Shown here one piece after another: positions 1 to 11,261 of a stretch of DNA of 34,910 nt. The stretch is from an uncultured bacterium (GTDB lineage Bacteria; SAR324; NAC60-12), in the NCBI GenBank assembly GCA_964010765.1, contig CAXGMD010000033.1, positions 1-34,910 of the forward strand, written 5' to 3'. Numbering within the stretch: the first letter of the stretch is position 1; the number at the start of each line of letters is the position of its first letter. A program made the translations under genes and the position numbers. The notes below the pieces were generated by a model. It searched no databases, was not told the DNA's origin, and saw nothing but the letters and a program-made list of their open reading frames with translations.

Positions 1-204
1 TAGCTCCCGCAAAGATTATCAACGAAAGTGAAGATTTTCTATGTATTCAAAGATAAAGAAAGTACAGAGAAGCAGATTTTTTTATCAGGAACAACTTTTA
101 TCACTTACAAAGATAGAAAAATAATTACCCAAGAGAGTATTGGGGAAGAACTAGACTACGACCCCAGCGAAGGTCAGGACTGGAATTGGGAAGACTACGA
201 GTGA
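1..204 (+). pseudogene. C-terminal fragment of a possible SnoaL-like/NTF2-fold protein
   Basis: Frame 1 is open from 4 to the TGA at 202-204 (...KVKIFYVFKDKESTEKQIFLSGTTFITYKDRKIITQESIGEELDYDPSEGQDWNWEDYE*). The segment 'KQIFLSGTTFITYKDRKII' resembles SnoaL C-terminal strands. There is an in-frame TAG at 1-3, so it is disrupted or starts at GTG 28. Confidence 0.3.
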
Positions 205-282
205 TTGGGGAGTCCTAGGCCTCTTTCAAATTGCTGATGGTTTCATTCTGGAGTTGAAAAATTTCTGCAGAGATGGGAAGTC

Positions 283-321
283 GCATCACTGAGCCATTGC
301 TCACAGTGATGCAGATTTTTT
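283..321 (+). terminator. Intrinsic terminator-like hairpin between convergent ORFs
   Basis: GCATCACTG (283-291) pairs with CAGTGATGC (304-312) and is followed by a run of seven T. Confidence 0.6.
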
Positions 322-390
322 AGTGCTAGGTGTATTGTATTTTCTTGAGGCTGAAGTTGTTTAAGAATTAGCGTTCAAATCTCTTTTCAA

Positions 391-834
391 TCAAGGATAG
401 GAAGCAATCACTTCCGGAAAAGCGACAAAAGTTACTGTTGGCCAATATTTTCCAATAATTTTTCTCATTTCTGGACCTCTTGGGAAATTCAAGTCCATAT
501 GTTTTTTTAGTCCCGCTGGTCTCTCATAAACTTCGCTCAGTACGTAAATAGTATTTCCAGTTGTACCTTGAGAAGGGTCGCTAGGGTTTTTGAAATCTGG
601 AGACTTCAAGACTTTGTAACTCACAAGAACAGGTTCTTCGTTTCCTGAAAGAAAATGAGTTTCTTTGATCCATTTCTCGTGAGCCGCGAAAAGTTCATCC
701 ATTAGAGCAACTTCAGTGTCAGGAACTTTCATTGAAATATTTAGGATGCCTGCCTGCTGAGAATGTCCTCCTCCGAAAGCGACCGAAATTGGGAGAAGAA
801 GAAAAAGAACGATTGATGCGAGTCTAATCATCAT
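391..834 (-). CDS. Exported hypothetical protein, probable dimeric alpha/beta-barrel (ABM-like) fold
   Basis: 147 aa with an N-terminal signal peptide (LASIVLFLLLPISVAFG) and an ABM-like 'YVLSEVYERPAGLKKH' segment. GGAG RBS upstream. Confidence 0.7.
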   Translation of the reverse strand: MMIRLASIVLFLLLPISVAFGGGHSQQAGILNISMKVPDTEVALMDELFAAHEKWIKETHFLSGNEEPVLVSYKVLKSPDFKNPSDPSQGTTGNTIYVLSEVYERPAGLKKHMDLNFPRGPEMRKIIGKYWPTVTFVAFPEVIASYP

Positions 835-930
835 AATCTCCAGATTGTTTCAAGAAATGGCATTATTGCTGGTAGAATGAAAGACTGTTCTTTATCTACC
901 ATTCGGTAAAATGTTGTTAGTTTCGAGAAA

Positions 931-1053
931 TTACAAGAAAAAACGTAGCCAAGCAAGTGCCACACGATAATACCCACGCTTGCCAATCAACTGAAAGCCC
1001 AAGAGCGTGATGGGTAAGAATATAAAGATGAATATGTACGAATTGAATAGCAT
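931..1053 (-). pseudogene. N-terminal remnant of an MBOAT O-acyltransferase (AlgI/DltB-like)
   Basis: Manual translation gives MLFNSYIFIFIFLPITLLGFQLIGKRGYYRVALAWLRFFL*. MLFNSxxFxFxFLP is the typical AlgI-family start. The ORF ends after 40 aa and is not in the ORF track. Confidence 0.75.
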
Positions 1054-1228
1054 TGGATTAGAGTTGGTTTTTTAGTTTTTCATACTACAAAAATGAATTT
1101 GAGATGAGCATAGTGAGAGTTTATGAGATCTTCAAATTATGGAGATTTTTAAACTTGTCAAAACAGTTTGCAACATTAGATCTGAGTGTGAGCTAGTTAG
1201 ATTTCAACAGACGTGGAAGGAAAGAACG

Positions 1229-1507
1229 ATGATTTTAACGGTGTTTCACTCAAGATTGCGCCAAGAAGCTCAAGCAGAGTACGGAGAATTGGCCCCACAG
1301 ATGTCAAAGTTGGCAAGGTCAATGCCAGGTTACAAATCCCACAAGGTCTTTATTGCTGAGGATGGAGAGCGGCTAACGCTGATTGAATTTGAAGACGATG
1401 CTACCAAATTTGATTGGGCCAGTCATCCAGAGCACCGTGCTGCCCAAAAGCGTGGACAATCTGCTTTTTACAGTGAGTACTCATTGCAAATTTGCGAAGT
1501 GAAATGA
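1229..1507 (+). CDS. Antibiotic biosynthesis monooxygenase (ABM) family protein
   Basis: MILTVFHSRLR...MPGYKSHK...GERLTLIEFE...W..HPEHRAAQKRG...FYSEYSLQICEV. The start is moved from 1139 to ATG 1229, which follows GGAAGG. Confidence 0.85.
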   Translation: MILTVFHSRLRQEAQAEYGELAPQMSKLARSMPGYKSHKVFIAEDGERLTLIEFEDDATKFDWASHPEHRAAQKRGQSAFYSEYSLQICEVK

Positions 1508-1623
1508 GAATCTCGATTTTCTACAAGCGAAGAGAATCGCGGACACAGTAGGATTCTAGGCTGGTAGAGCAACTAGTTGGGAAGGTTGGTCTGCCGAGCA
1601 AGCTCAACAGGCCGTGTATAGAT

Positions 1624-1654
1624 GGGATCAATCAACGCAAGGTTGACCGATCCC
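1624..1654 (-). terminator. Hairpin just downstream of katG
   Basis: GGGATC-aa-TCAAC / GTTGA-cc-GATCCC stem, about 10 nt after the katG stop. No strong U-tract. Confidence 0.45.
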
Positions 1655-1663
1655 TCAGCAGGA

Positions 1664-3895
<2,232 letters not shown>

Positions 3896-3966
3896 TCATG
3901 GACAGGATCTAAAACCCTGCCGTTGGCTGACGTCTTGGGGGGACTTCCCCTTCTGTCGCTCTTTAT

Positions 3967-4419
3967 TTACTGGGGTAGTGCTCTGCCGTCCCTGATCTTG
4001 CTTGGCTCGGCGAGACAGTTCGCACAGTGTCCCCAGTAGATGACCTCTGCTTCATCGATTTCGTAGCCCATGCTTTCACTTGGACTCAGGCAAGGAGTGA
4101 AACCGACTGCGCAGTCGATGTCGACCATGTGGTTGCAGGACCGGCAAACTAGGTGATGGTGATTATCGCCCACACGATCTTCGTAGCGGGCTGGAGATCC
4201 AGCAGGTTGAATACGCCGAACCAATCTTCGTTCGACCAAGATACCTAAGGCATCGTACACAGCCTGTTTAGAAATTACACCCAATTCTGCTCTGACTACC
4301 TCGGCAACACCATCTGCCGTGATGTGAGGCTGTCCCGACACCGCTCGTAGGACAGCGATGCGTTGAACCGTCACCTGAACATCATGTTGGCGGAGCAGGT
4401 CCGCCAGTTCAGTAGCCAA
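3967..4419 (-). CDS. furA: Fur-family peroxide-responsive regulator, FurA type
   Basis: [28 protein letters not shown]...DCAVG..PCL......[15 protein letters not shown] is the FurA signature. TTG start with a GAGGAG RBS, directly upstream of katG. Confidence 0.93.
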   Translation of the reverse strand: MATELADLLRQHDVQVTVQRIAVLRAVSGQPHITADGVAEVVRAELGVISKQAVYDALGILVERRLVRRIQPAGSPARYEDRVGDNHHHLVCRSCNHMVDIDCAVGFTPCLSPSESMGYEIDEAEVIYWGHCANCLAEPSKIRDGRALPQ

Positions 4420-4627
4420 TGGTACTCCTCGGTTTAGATGGGAAGAGAAAAAGAATTCCTCAGTGATGGAAATTTATAATCTTTCACATCGGAATCATCT
4501 TTGGGTCAATTTGACCTGCAGATGTTAGGACTGTTTGGTGGAGTCGCCAGCTGTAGCTGCGACCAAATCTCGGAAGCAAAAACAGCGAGGACCACTGATG
4601 CAGTCGTTCCAGACAAATCAAAATCAT

Positions 4628-4660
4628 AAGTTAGGTCTTATTTTAGACTAAGTCAAGAAT
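4628..4660 (-). promoter_or_regulatory. Sigma70 promoter of furA-katG with an overlapping FurA-box-like inverted repeat
   Basis: Minus strand: TTGACT (4656-4651), 17 nt, TAACTT (4633-4628). The imperfect palindrome ATTTTAGACT-A-AGTCAAGAAT (4640-4660) covers the -35. Confidence 0.75.
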
Positions 4661-4749
4661 CTTACCAATTCTGAACAATGCAACGTAAAAATTCTATGGG
4701 GAGATTACAAAATTGGATTCTACGGCTAAATTGAGAAGGAGAGATCTTC

Positions 4750-6126
4750 TTATTCGGGCAGGATTCTTTCCATTCGTGCAGAGCGGGAACCTTTGACTAG
4801 AATCACATCATTGGGTTGGATAGTCTGCTGTAGAAGAGGAAGCAGATCACCTGGTTCTTCCGTAACGTGCACCAGACGTTGGGTGGTTGCTTGCCAGCCC
4901 TCTGCTAGGTTTGAGGCATAGGGGCCACAGGCGAAGAGGGTTGAGACGCCACAGTCAGCAGCAAAAACACCTACTTGATGATGTAGCTCAGGAGCTTGGT
5001 CTCCAAGTTCTGCCATCGAACCTGCGGCAAGTAGTAGCCGTCGAGAGGGATACATCTGACGTAGGCTCTGTAGTACGCTCCGGAAAGATGAGGGGTTGGC
5101 GTTGTAACTATCGTTGACCCATAACACATCTCCGCGAGGGAGTAGTTGCATCCGGCCTGCAACATCCAGATCCAGTTCGGCAACGGCCTTCCGTAGATCA
5201 TTATCATCCACACCTGTTGAGTGCAGAGCTGCGAGGACACCAGCCAGATTTCGTAAAGCCAGTGGGTTGTTCAAGGAAGTCTGTAATTCGCCAATGGGTG
5301 AATCCAGGATGGATAAGCCGTTGTCTGATCGGGTTGCCTGTAGTTGCAGATTCCACTCTGCGGACGGTTCGTTGAGTCCAAAGCTGTGGAGGACTACTCC
5401 AATCTGTTCTGCTTCTCGCTCAAGAACATTTCTTTCCAACACATTTGCTGGAATCCAGGCTTGGCCACCTTCCACAAGTCCCTTCCACAAGCTGGATTTT
5501 TCTCGGGCAACCCCGGCCGTGTTGAGCAGAAATTCTAAATGACTTTCCCCGATGCTTGTCAGTACACCAACGGTTGGTTGAGATACCTTGGCTAGTGTTT
5601 CGATCTCTCCAAAGTGGTTTGTTCCAATTTCGACCACCCACCAACTTGTATCTAGTGGAGCGGATAGAAGCGTTAGGGGTACACCGATGAAGTTGTTGTA
5701 GTTGCCCTGAGTTGCGTGGGCAGTAGCATCCAGGCTTTGGCAAAGATGTCGGGCGATCTCCTTGGTCGTTGTCTTGCCGTTACTGCCAGTAATCCCCAAC
5801 ACATGGCCAGAGAAGCGTTTGCGGTAGTCGGCAGCCCAGTCCAACAGCGCCTGATTAGGAGAAGCAACTTCAATTCTGGGAGCTTGTTGTAGTTCGGCAG
5901 GGAGGCGTTCTGCAGAGGCAATCAATCCCGCAGCACCATGAGCCATTGCCTGGACTGCATAGGAGTGGCCATCGCTATTTTCTCCCTGTAAACAGACAAA
6001 CCATTGTCCAGGCTGGATTTTGCGAGAGTCCGTGGTTAATCCAGGGACCTTTGTCTGTGGATCAACATGCTGTGGGGAGCCTTGGAGCGCAGTAGCTAGT
6101 TCATGAACGGTGTAAGGCAGCATCAA
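4750..6126 (-). CDS. murF: UDP-N-acetylmuramoyl-tripeptide--D-Ala-D-Ala ligase
   Basis: [42 protein letters not shown] and LVKGSR motifs. 4-nt overlap with the fbp stop. Confidence 0.97.
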   Translation of the reverse strand: MMLPYTVHELATALQGSPQHVDPQTKVPGLTTDSRKIQPGQWFVCLQGENSDGHSYAVQAMAHGAAGLIASAERLPAELQQAPRIEVASPNQALLDWAADYRKRFSGHVLGITGSNGKTTTKEIARHLCQSLDATAHATQGNYNNFIGVPLTLLSAPLDTSWWVVEIGTNHFGEIETLAKVSQPTVGVLTSIGESHLEFLLNTAGVAREKSSLWKGLVEGGQAWIPANVLERNVLEREAEQIGVVLHSFGLNEPSAEWNLQLQATRSDNGLSILDSPIGELQTSLNNPLALRNLAGVLAALHSTGVDDNDLRKAVAELDLDVAGRMQLLPRGDVLWVNDSYNANPSSFRSVLQSLRQMYPSRRLLLAAGSMAELGDQAPELHHQVGVFAADCGVSTLFACGPYASNLAEGWQATTQRLVHVTEEPGDLLPLLQQTIQPNDVILVKGSRSARMERILPE

Positions 6127-7175
6127 TTACTCAGATGACGCAATACATCCTCTACCATATTGGGGCTACCGATGTAAAAAGGTACTCGCTGGTGCAGTTT
6201 TTGTGGCTCAATCTCCAGGATGCGCTGTGTTCCATCGCTCGCCATGCCTCCCGCTTGTTCAGCAAGCAGGGCCAGGGCGTTACACTCATACATCAGGCGT
6301 AGCTTGCCTTGGGGAGCCTTTTGAGTAGGTGGATACAGATAGATCCCACCCTTGAGCAGATTGCGGTGGAAGTCGGCGACCAAGGAACCAATGTAGCGAC
6401 CTTGAAAGTTCTGATCCCGACAAGATTCCAGATAGGCTTGGATTCGTGGACAGAAGTGATTGAAATTTCCTTCGTTACAAGAATAGATTTTTCCGTTGTC
6501 TGGAAAGCGTAGTTGTGTGTGCGAGAGGAAAAATTCCCCAAGAGATGGTTCGTAGGTGAAGGCATTCACGCCATGCCCAGTGGTCAGCACCAGGATGGTC
6601 GAAGATCCGTAGAGCACGTAACCGCTGGCTAACTGTTGAGAACCTGCCTGTAGTGCATCCTCCATGGTCGGGCTTGTACCACGCTGCGTACGTCTGCGGT
6701 AGATCGAGAAGATGGTGCCAATCGAGACATTGACGCCAATGTTGCTGGAACCATCCAACGGATCAATCGCAACCACGTACTTTGCCTGCTCATTACCGGT
6801 GTGGACCAGTTCATCTTCTTCCTCAGAGATGATGCAGCATACCATACCTCCCAGGCGCAAAGCTCGTGCGAAGCGAGTATTGGCAATCACATCCAGCTTC
6901 TGCTGATCTTCTCCCTGAATATTTTCTGCTCCGGCACTGCCTTCCAGGCTGATCAGTCCAGCTCGGTTGATGTCACGGTTGATGATCTTGGCGGCCAGAG
7001 ATATATCTGCAAGTAGCTGGGTGAAGTCCCCTTTTGCTTGGGGATAGTTTCGTTGCTCGTTGGCGATGAATCGCTGTAGCGTGACTCCAACGGGAGCAGA
7101 GAGTTGATTGATTGTTGAAATGACAGGCATTGGATGATCTGAGGAGGAATCAGGAGCGATGATTGGGTTCAACAT
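6123..7175 (-). CDS. fbp: Fructose-1,6-bisphosphatase class 1
   Basis: [42 protein letters not shown] and KLRLMYE motifs. The true start could be the internal Met near 7130. Confidence 0.97.
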   Translation of the reverse strand: MLNPIIAPDSSSDHPMPVISTINQLSAPVGVTLQRFIANEQRNYPQAKGDFTQLLADISLAAKIINRDINRAGLISLEGSAGAENIQGEDQQKLDVIANTRFARALRLGGMVCCIISEEEDELVHTGNEQAKYVVAIDPLDGSSNIGVNVSIGTIFSIYRRRTQRGTSPTMEDALQAGSQQLASGYVLYGSSTILVLTTGHGVNAFTYEPSLGEFFLSHTQLRFPDNGKIYSCNEGNFNHFCPRIQAYLESCRDQNFQGRYIGSLVADFHRNLLKGGIYLYPPTQKAPQGKLRLMYECNALALLAEQAGGMASDGTQRILEIEPQKLHQRVPFYIGSPNMVEDVLRHLSN

Positions 7176-7403
7176 AGCGCTGCCTCGCTAAATCGTAGGA
7201 AATAACGTACGATAAAATTTTTTCAAGCAAATCATCAAATACCGCGCCTTTCTGTCAGGAACTAAATTAAATTTTTAAAAAACAATCATGAAATCAAATA
7301 ATCCAGGGTGATTTATTAATTCATTTTGGATGAACTTAGAGGAAAGTGATTTGTCAGAATTGCTTCAGGTCATGGCAATCTATGAACGGTTCACCCATAC
7401 ATT

Positions 7404-7880
7404 TCACTCAAGCCTGTATACAGCACATTCTACTCTGGTGAAGCAGCGATATTCGACCAAGTGGAAGCCAAGCTTTTCGTAGAAACGCTGGGCTCGAGTG
7501 TTGGAAGCCATCGGATCAATCAGGACGGCATTCACCCTTTCATCAGCAAAGCAGCGTTCCAGTGCCAGTTCCATCATTTTCTTGCCAAACCCACGGCCAA
7601 TGTAAGCTTCTTCACCAATCCAGATGTCGATGGCTCGTAAGTTGTCCGGGCACTCTCCCCAGTAATGCTCCTCTTCCCGGGCTGGGTCAATGATCTGTAG
7701 AAAGCCAATCGGGATGCCTTCTACTTCGGCAATCAATTGTTCCCGCCAATCAGGTTGTCGATGGAGTTCCGTTTGCCAGCCCCAATCCCCCGTCCCCTTT
7801 GCTGCAATGACATGCGGAGCCTCATCCCACTGTTGTAGTAGTTCCAGATCGCTAAAGCTGGCTGGACGTAATTGGATCAT
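7404..7880 (-). CDS. GNAT N-acetyltransferase (AAC(6')/Acetyltransf_8-like)
   Basis: IDIWIGEEAYIGRGFG acetyl-CoA motif and DPMASNTRAQRFYEKLGF. Lies 30 nt downstream of the PCu(A)C gene. Confidence 0.88.
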   Translation of the reverse strand: MIQLRPASFSDLELLQQWDEAPHVIAAKGTGDWGWQTELHRQPDWREQLIAEVEGIPIGFLQIIDPAREEEHYWGECPDNLRAIDIWIGEEAYIGRGFGKKMMELALERCFADERVNAVLIDPMASNTRAQRFYEKLGFHLVEYRCFTRVECAVYRLE

Positions 7881-7910
7881 GTGATTTTATGAGGGCATTA
7901 GGTATTGCAT

Positions 7911-8423
7911 TTACTGGCTTTTGTGCGACTGGTGGTGATGCATCGAGGACTTTTCCTCACCTCCGGAAGTAGCCCCACTTTGCTGTACGGGCAACTCCAC
8001 GACCAAGTCTGGAGCTTGCCGAAACCGGAGGGTCAGCGTGTGTGATTCTCCAAGCTTAGGTGCCTGCTTCAAGTTGATCAGCATGATGTGATAGCCACCA
8101 GGTTTGAGCATCGCCATGCCCTTTGCAGGAATTTCAAGAGAATCCACAGGGTACATCTTCAGCATACCGTTCTCTTCCTTAACATTGTGGATCTCCACTA
8201 CTTCAGCCAGAGATGAACTGGCCCCAATCAGGGCATCTGCCTGATCCTGATGATTCATCACGGTCAGGTAGGCAGCTCCCATCTTGGCATTGGGAGGTGT
8301 CGCTCGAATCCAACCATTGGTGACCCCCATTTCAGCCATGGACTGCGCGAACACAACACCAATGCCCAGCATGAACAACAAGCTGATGAAGAATAAGCCA
8401 AATATTTTTGAAATTTGTTTCAT
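7911..8423 (-). CDS. Periplasmic copper chaperone PCu(A)C
   Basis: Signal peptide; WIRATPP..MGAAY; Cu motif H-x10-M...H-x-M (EIH...KM...PGGYHIML); His-rich tail MHHHQSH. Start placed at ATG 8423 (MKQISK). Confidence 0.95.
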   Translation of the reverse strand: MKQISKIFGLFFISLLFMLGIGVVFAQSMAEMGVTNGWIRATPPNAKMGAAYLTVMNHQDQADALIGASSSLAEVVEIHNVKEENGMLKMYPVDSLEIPAKGMAMLKPGGYHIMLINLKQAPKLGESHTLTLRFRQAPDLVVELPVQQSGATSGGEEKSSMHHHQSHKSQ

Positions 8424-8669
8424 TGTTGATTCTTTACCTAGGAGTAGTTGCTCCACAATTTGAACGTAACCTGAGCGCTAAAGCTCAGTCCTTCGGGCTC
8501 ACTGCAGAGAAAAATTGTGCACTCTCCTTGTTACTGCCCAGATGATCAAAGGACCTGAAGTGATCGAATCACAGGTAGCTATTGACACGGAGAGTATTTC
8601 GAAACATCTGATGTTCTTCAGAGTTTTAAGAAAAACAACAGGCGCTCAGTAAATTTTGGTAAGAATGGA

Positions 8670-9053
8670 TCAGAATCGAGGAGGAGCCCGCAGGGAAGCC
8701 AGACTCAGCCAGGCCTTCGCGATAAAAGGAGACTGGTAGGGGAGGTTACTAAGTATGTGGACGAGAACCGGCCCAAGGATTGGGGTCGTGGGGGGTAGAA
8801 CAAGTGTGGCGTTCCCAGCGTTCCAAGCTAGCAGCGCGGGGCACGGCTCTGTATCAGTAGAAACTGGAGTCAGTGGGAAGGGCAGACAGTCCAGGTGCTC
8901 TGCCAGATCTGCAGAGACAAAGGCGCCTGTTGGTGTGCGGAATCCATCCACATGCTGAACATGCACTGGGATCAAGCTGAGCCAGATCAGCAGCAGTACA
9001 GCCAGTGTTCCAGCAAAACTACGAAGATTTCTAGAACGATAACTTGTGCTCAT
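8670..9053 (-). CDS. DUF2946-like leader protein with a C-terminal RAPP motif (CruR/CutF-like)
   Basis: From ATG 9053, 127 aa: basic N-terminus, hydrophobic segment, HVQH, EHLDC...EPCP, Pro-rich linker, ending LRAPPRF*. Lies upstream of and codirectional with PCu(A)C. Confidence 0.75.
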   Translation of the reverse strand: MSTSYRSRNLRSFAGTLAVLLLIWLSLIPVHVQHVDGFRTPTGAFVSADLAEHLDCLPFPLTPVSTDTEPCPALLAWNAGNATLVLPPTTPILGPVLVHILSNLPYQSPFIAKAWLSLASLRAPPRF

Positions 9054-9272
9054 GCAACTGTTAGGGAAGGAAACCGTTATTAAAAAATTTATTTTTCCAA
9101 CTCTAGTGCACTCTCCAAAAAATTCTAGGATTTTTGAGTGAAATGAGAATTGGTTTGGTGGATCAATGAGCACATTCCGTAGTTGCAGTCGGTCATAGCG
9201 GTTGACTGGCAAACTCTTTTCATGGCCAGATGTGAATTTGTTTAAACCCTGATTCAGGAAGGAGCTGCCCCG

Positions 9273-9743
9273 ATGTCGATCTCTGTTCTCCCACGCCGTC
9301 GTCCATTGGTCACGGATGGAAGCATCGCTTCAATACATGGCTTGGAAATTGGTGCTGAACGCTCACTACCCATCTTCAGTATGGGAGTCTCTGCGGGTTT
9401 CCCTTCACCGGCAGAAGATCATCTGGAAGGACGCTTGGACCTCAATGAGCACCTGATTCCTCATCCTACCTCAACCTTCTTTGTCCGAGCCGCTGGAGAT
9501 TCAATGATCCAGGCTGGAATCTTCGACGGAGACCTGCTGGTAGTGGATCGCTCAATCGAGCAACGCAAGGGCCGGATTGTGATCGCTTCGCTGCATGGAG
9601 AGTTTACCCTCAAGCGGCTTTGGCAAGATGGAGGTCAAATCGAGTTGCGTCCAGAAAACGAAAATTATGAATCCATCCAAGTGACGGTAGATGATGCCTT
9701 TGCTGTCTGGGGAGTGGTGACCTATGTCATCCACAAGCTCTGA
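9273..9743 (+). CDS. umuD: DNA polymerase V accessory subunit UmuD (S24 peptidase)
   Basis: VSAG|FPSPA self-cleavage site, GDSM (Ser), FTLKRL (Lys), no DNA-binding domain. AAGGAG RBS. Confidence 0.95.
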   Translation: MSISVLPRRRPLVTDGSIASIHGLEIGAERSLPIFSMGVSAGFPSPAEDHLEGRLDLNEHLIPHPTSTFFVRAAGDSMIQAGIFDGDLLVVDRSIEQRKGRIVIASLHGEFTLKRLWQDGGQIELRPENENYESIQVTVDDAFAVWGVVTYVIHKL

Positions 9744-11001
9744 ACCCTGCCTAGCGCTGGTTGATTGTAACAATTTCTACGTTTCCTGTGAGCGAGTCTT
9801 TCGGCCAGACTTGGCACAGGTACCGGTGGCAGTTCTCAGCAACAATGATGGCTGTGTGATCGCCCGTAGCGAGGAGGTCAAGCAATTGGGGGTGGCGATG
9901 GGGACACCCTACTTTCAGTGTGGACCAGAGTTGCGTCGGGCTGGGGCTGTTGTTTTCAGCAGCAACTATCCACTCTACGGGGATTTCAGCCAGCGGGTGA
10001 TGCAAACGCTAGAGGCTCAGTGTCCACGGGTGGAACGTTACTCAATCGATGAAGCCTTCGTCGAGATTCCCGGTAGCGAACAGACAGAGCGAGAAGCCTT
10101 TGCTCAACAATTGCGGGAACGGGTCCTGCGAGATACGGGCATTCCTGTCTCGATTGGGTTGGCTCCAACGAAGGTACTGGCCAAGTTGGCCAATCGACAG
10201 GCTAAACGGCGCAAGGAAGCTGCAGGGATCTGGTCCATGCCGGACGATCCAGAAATTCGTCAACAGCAGCTTTCAGTGACCCCATTAACGGATATCTGGG
10301 GCATTGGTAGGCGTTGGGCAAGGCGCTTGGAAACCGAAGGTTGGCAGAACGCTGCAGACTTGGCAGCTGCTGATCCTGCAATGATCCGGCTTGTCGCCAA
10401 TGTGGTATTGCAGCGAATCGCTTTGGAACTACGTGGAGAGCCCTGTCTCTCATTGGAAGAAACCAGTCCACCACCACGCTCATTGGTTCGTAGTCGTTCC
10501 TTCGGTCAACCGCTTTACCAGCTGACAGAATTGCGTCCAGCCCTTGGACGATACCTGCAACGTGGCTGGGAGCATTTGCGTAGGCATCATTTGAGGACAA
10601 GCGGAATCCAGGTCTTTCTGCACACCAGCCGTTTTCACAGAGAAGTTCGCTATTTCGGTAGCCGACAAGCGGTCATCGAACCAACGGATGATCTATGGGA
10701 ACTCCAACGATGTGCCTTTGCACTATTAGAGCAGGCCTATCGCTCGGGTGTGGCCTACACACGCTGTGGGGTAATGCTCTTTGGTCTAGAACCCGATCAA
10801 CCTTCCTGGAATATGGACACAGCGTGGCAACCGAGAGCAGAGCTGCAGCAAGCCATCACAGGACTCCAGCAACGTTGGGGACGTAATGTGCTCCAGTTGG
10901 CTCACGCCTTGACAGCAGCCAAAGGTTTGCCACTCCAGCAACATCGATCCCCACGCTACACCACTCAATGGTCCGAATTACCAGTGATCGGGCTTCACTG
11001 A
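9724..11001 (+). CDS. umuC: Y-family DNA polymerase V catalytic subunit UmuC
   Basis: LVDCNNFYVSCERVFRP, VLSNNDGCVIARS, YSIDEAF and C-terminal SPRYTTQWSELP motifs. Overlaps umuD by 20 nt. Confidence 0.96.
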   Translation: MSSTSSEPCLALVDCNNFYVSCERVFRPDLAQVPVAVLSNNDGCVIARSEEVKQLGVAMGTPYFQCGPELRRAGAVVFSSNYPLYGDFSQRVMQTLEAQCPRVERYSIDEAFVEIPGSEQTEREAFAQQLRERVLRDTGIPVSIGLAPTKVLAKLANRQAKRRKEAAGIWSMPDDPEIRQQQLSVTPLTDIWGIGRRWARRLETEGWQNAADLAAADPAMIRLVANVVLQRIALELRGEPCLSLEETSPPPRSLVRSRSFGQPLYQLTELRPALGRYLQRGWEHLRRHHLRTSGIQVFLHTSRFHREVRYFGSRQAVIEPTDDLWELQRCAFALLEQAYRSGVAYTRCGVMLFGLEPDQPSWNMDTAWQPRAELQQAITGLQQRWGRNVLQLAHALTAAKGLPLQQHRSPRYTTQWSELPVIGLH

Positions 11002-11119
11002 TCGGCTCAAGTACTCCCCAGATATTCAACAGATGTCTTTCCTTCCACTGATCAAACAATCTTCATTATGATCTTGGAAGCTTTGCCGAAGCCTTTCCCT
11101 GTAGTTTGATACAACAAGT

Positions 11120-11170
11120 TTTGAGTGTTCATCGACTCAAACTTGGACTTTGGTCGGTTTCTGTTACACT
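11120..11170 (+). promoter_or_regulatory. Probable sodB promoter with an upstream inverted repeat
   Basis: Extended -10 TGtTACACT (11162-11170). Inverted repeat TTTGAGT-N8-ACTCAAA (11120-11141) just upstream of the -35 position. Confidence 0.45.
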
Positions 11171-11261
11171 TCTGTTCATCTGATGGGAAGCAACGCTTCG
11201 CCACCGCCTTCGACGCGGTTGTCGAGGGATTACTAACACGAGTCTTTCTGAAAGGATCTCA

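Noticed and set aside
1505..1507. Selenocysteine readthrough at the ABM TGA
   Set aside because: The position is not a Cys site in this family as I recall it, and no SECIS is evident.
4484..4627. 47-codon ORF in the furA leader
   Set aside because: Its ATG abuts the -10 element, there is no RBS and the product is not recognisable.
7404..7880. Aminoglycoside resistance gene
   Set aside because: Only family-level GNAT similarity, with no mobile context.
9054..9212. N-terminal extension of the tracked 180-aa ORF (likewise the extensions at 1139, 8456, 30298, 33134 and 34711)
   Set aside because: They run through intergenic DNA or another gene. Downstream starts fit the RBS and signal peptides better.
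9140..9272. LexA box upstream of umuD
   Set aside because: No match to SOS box consensuses I know. CTGGC...GCCAG and CCTGA-T-TCAGG have the wrong spacing.
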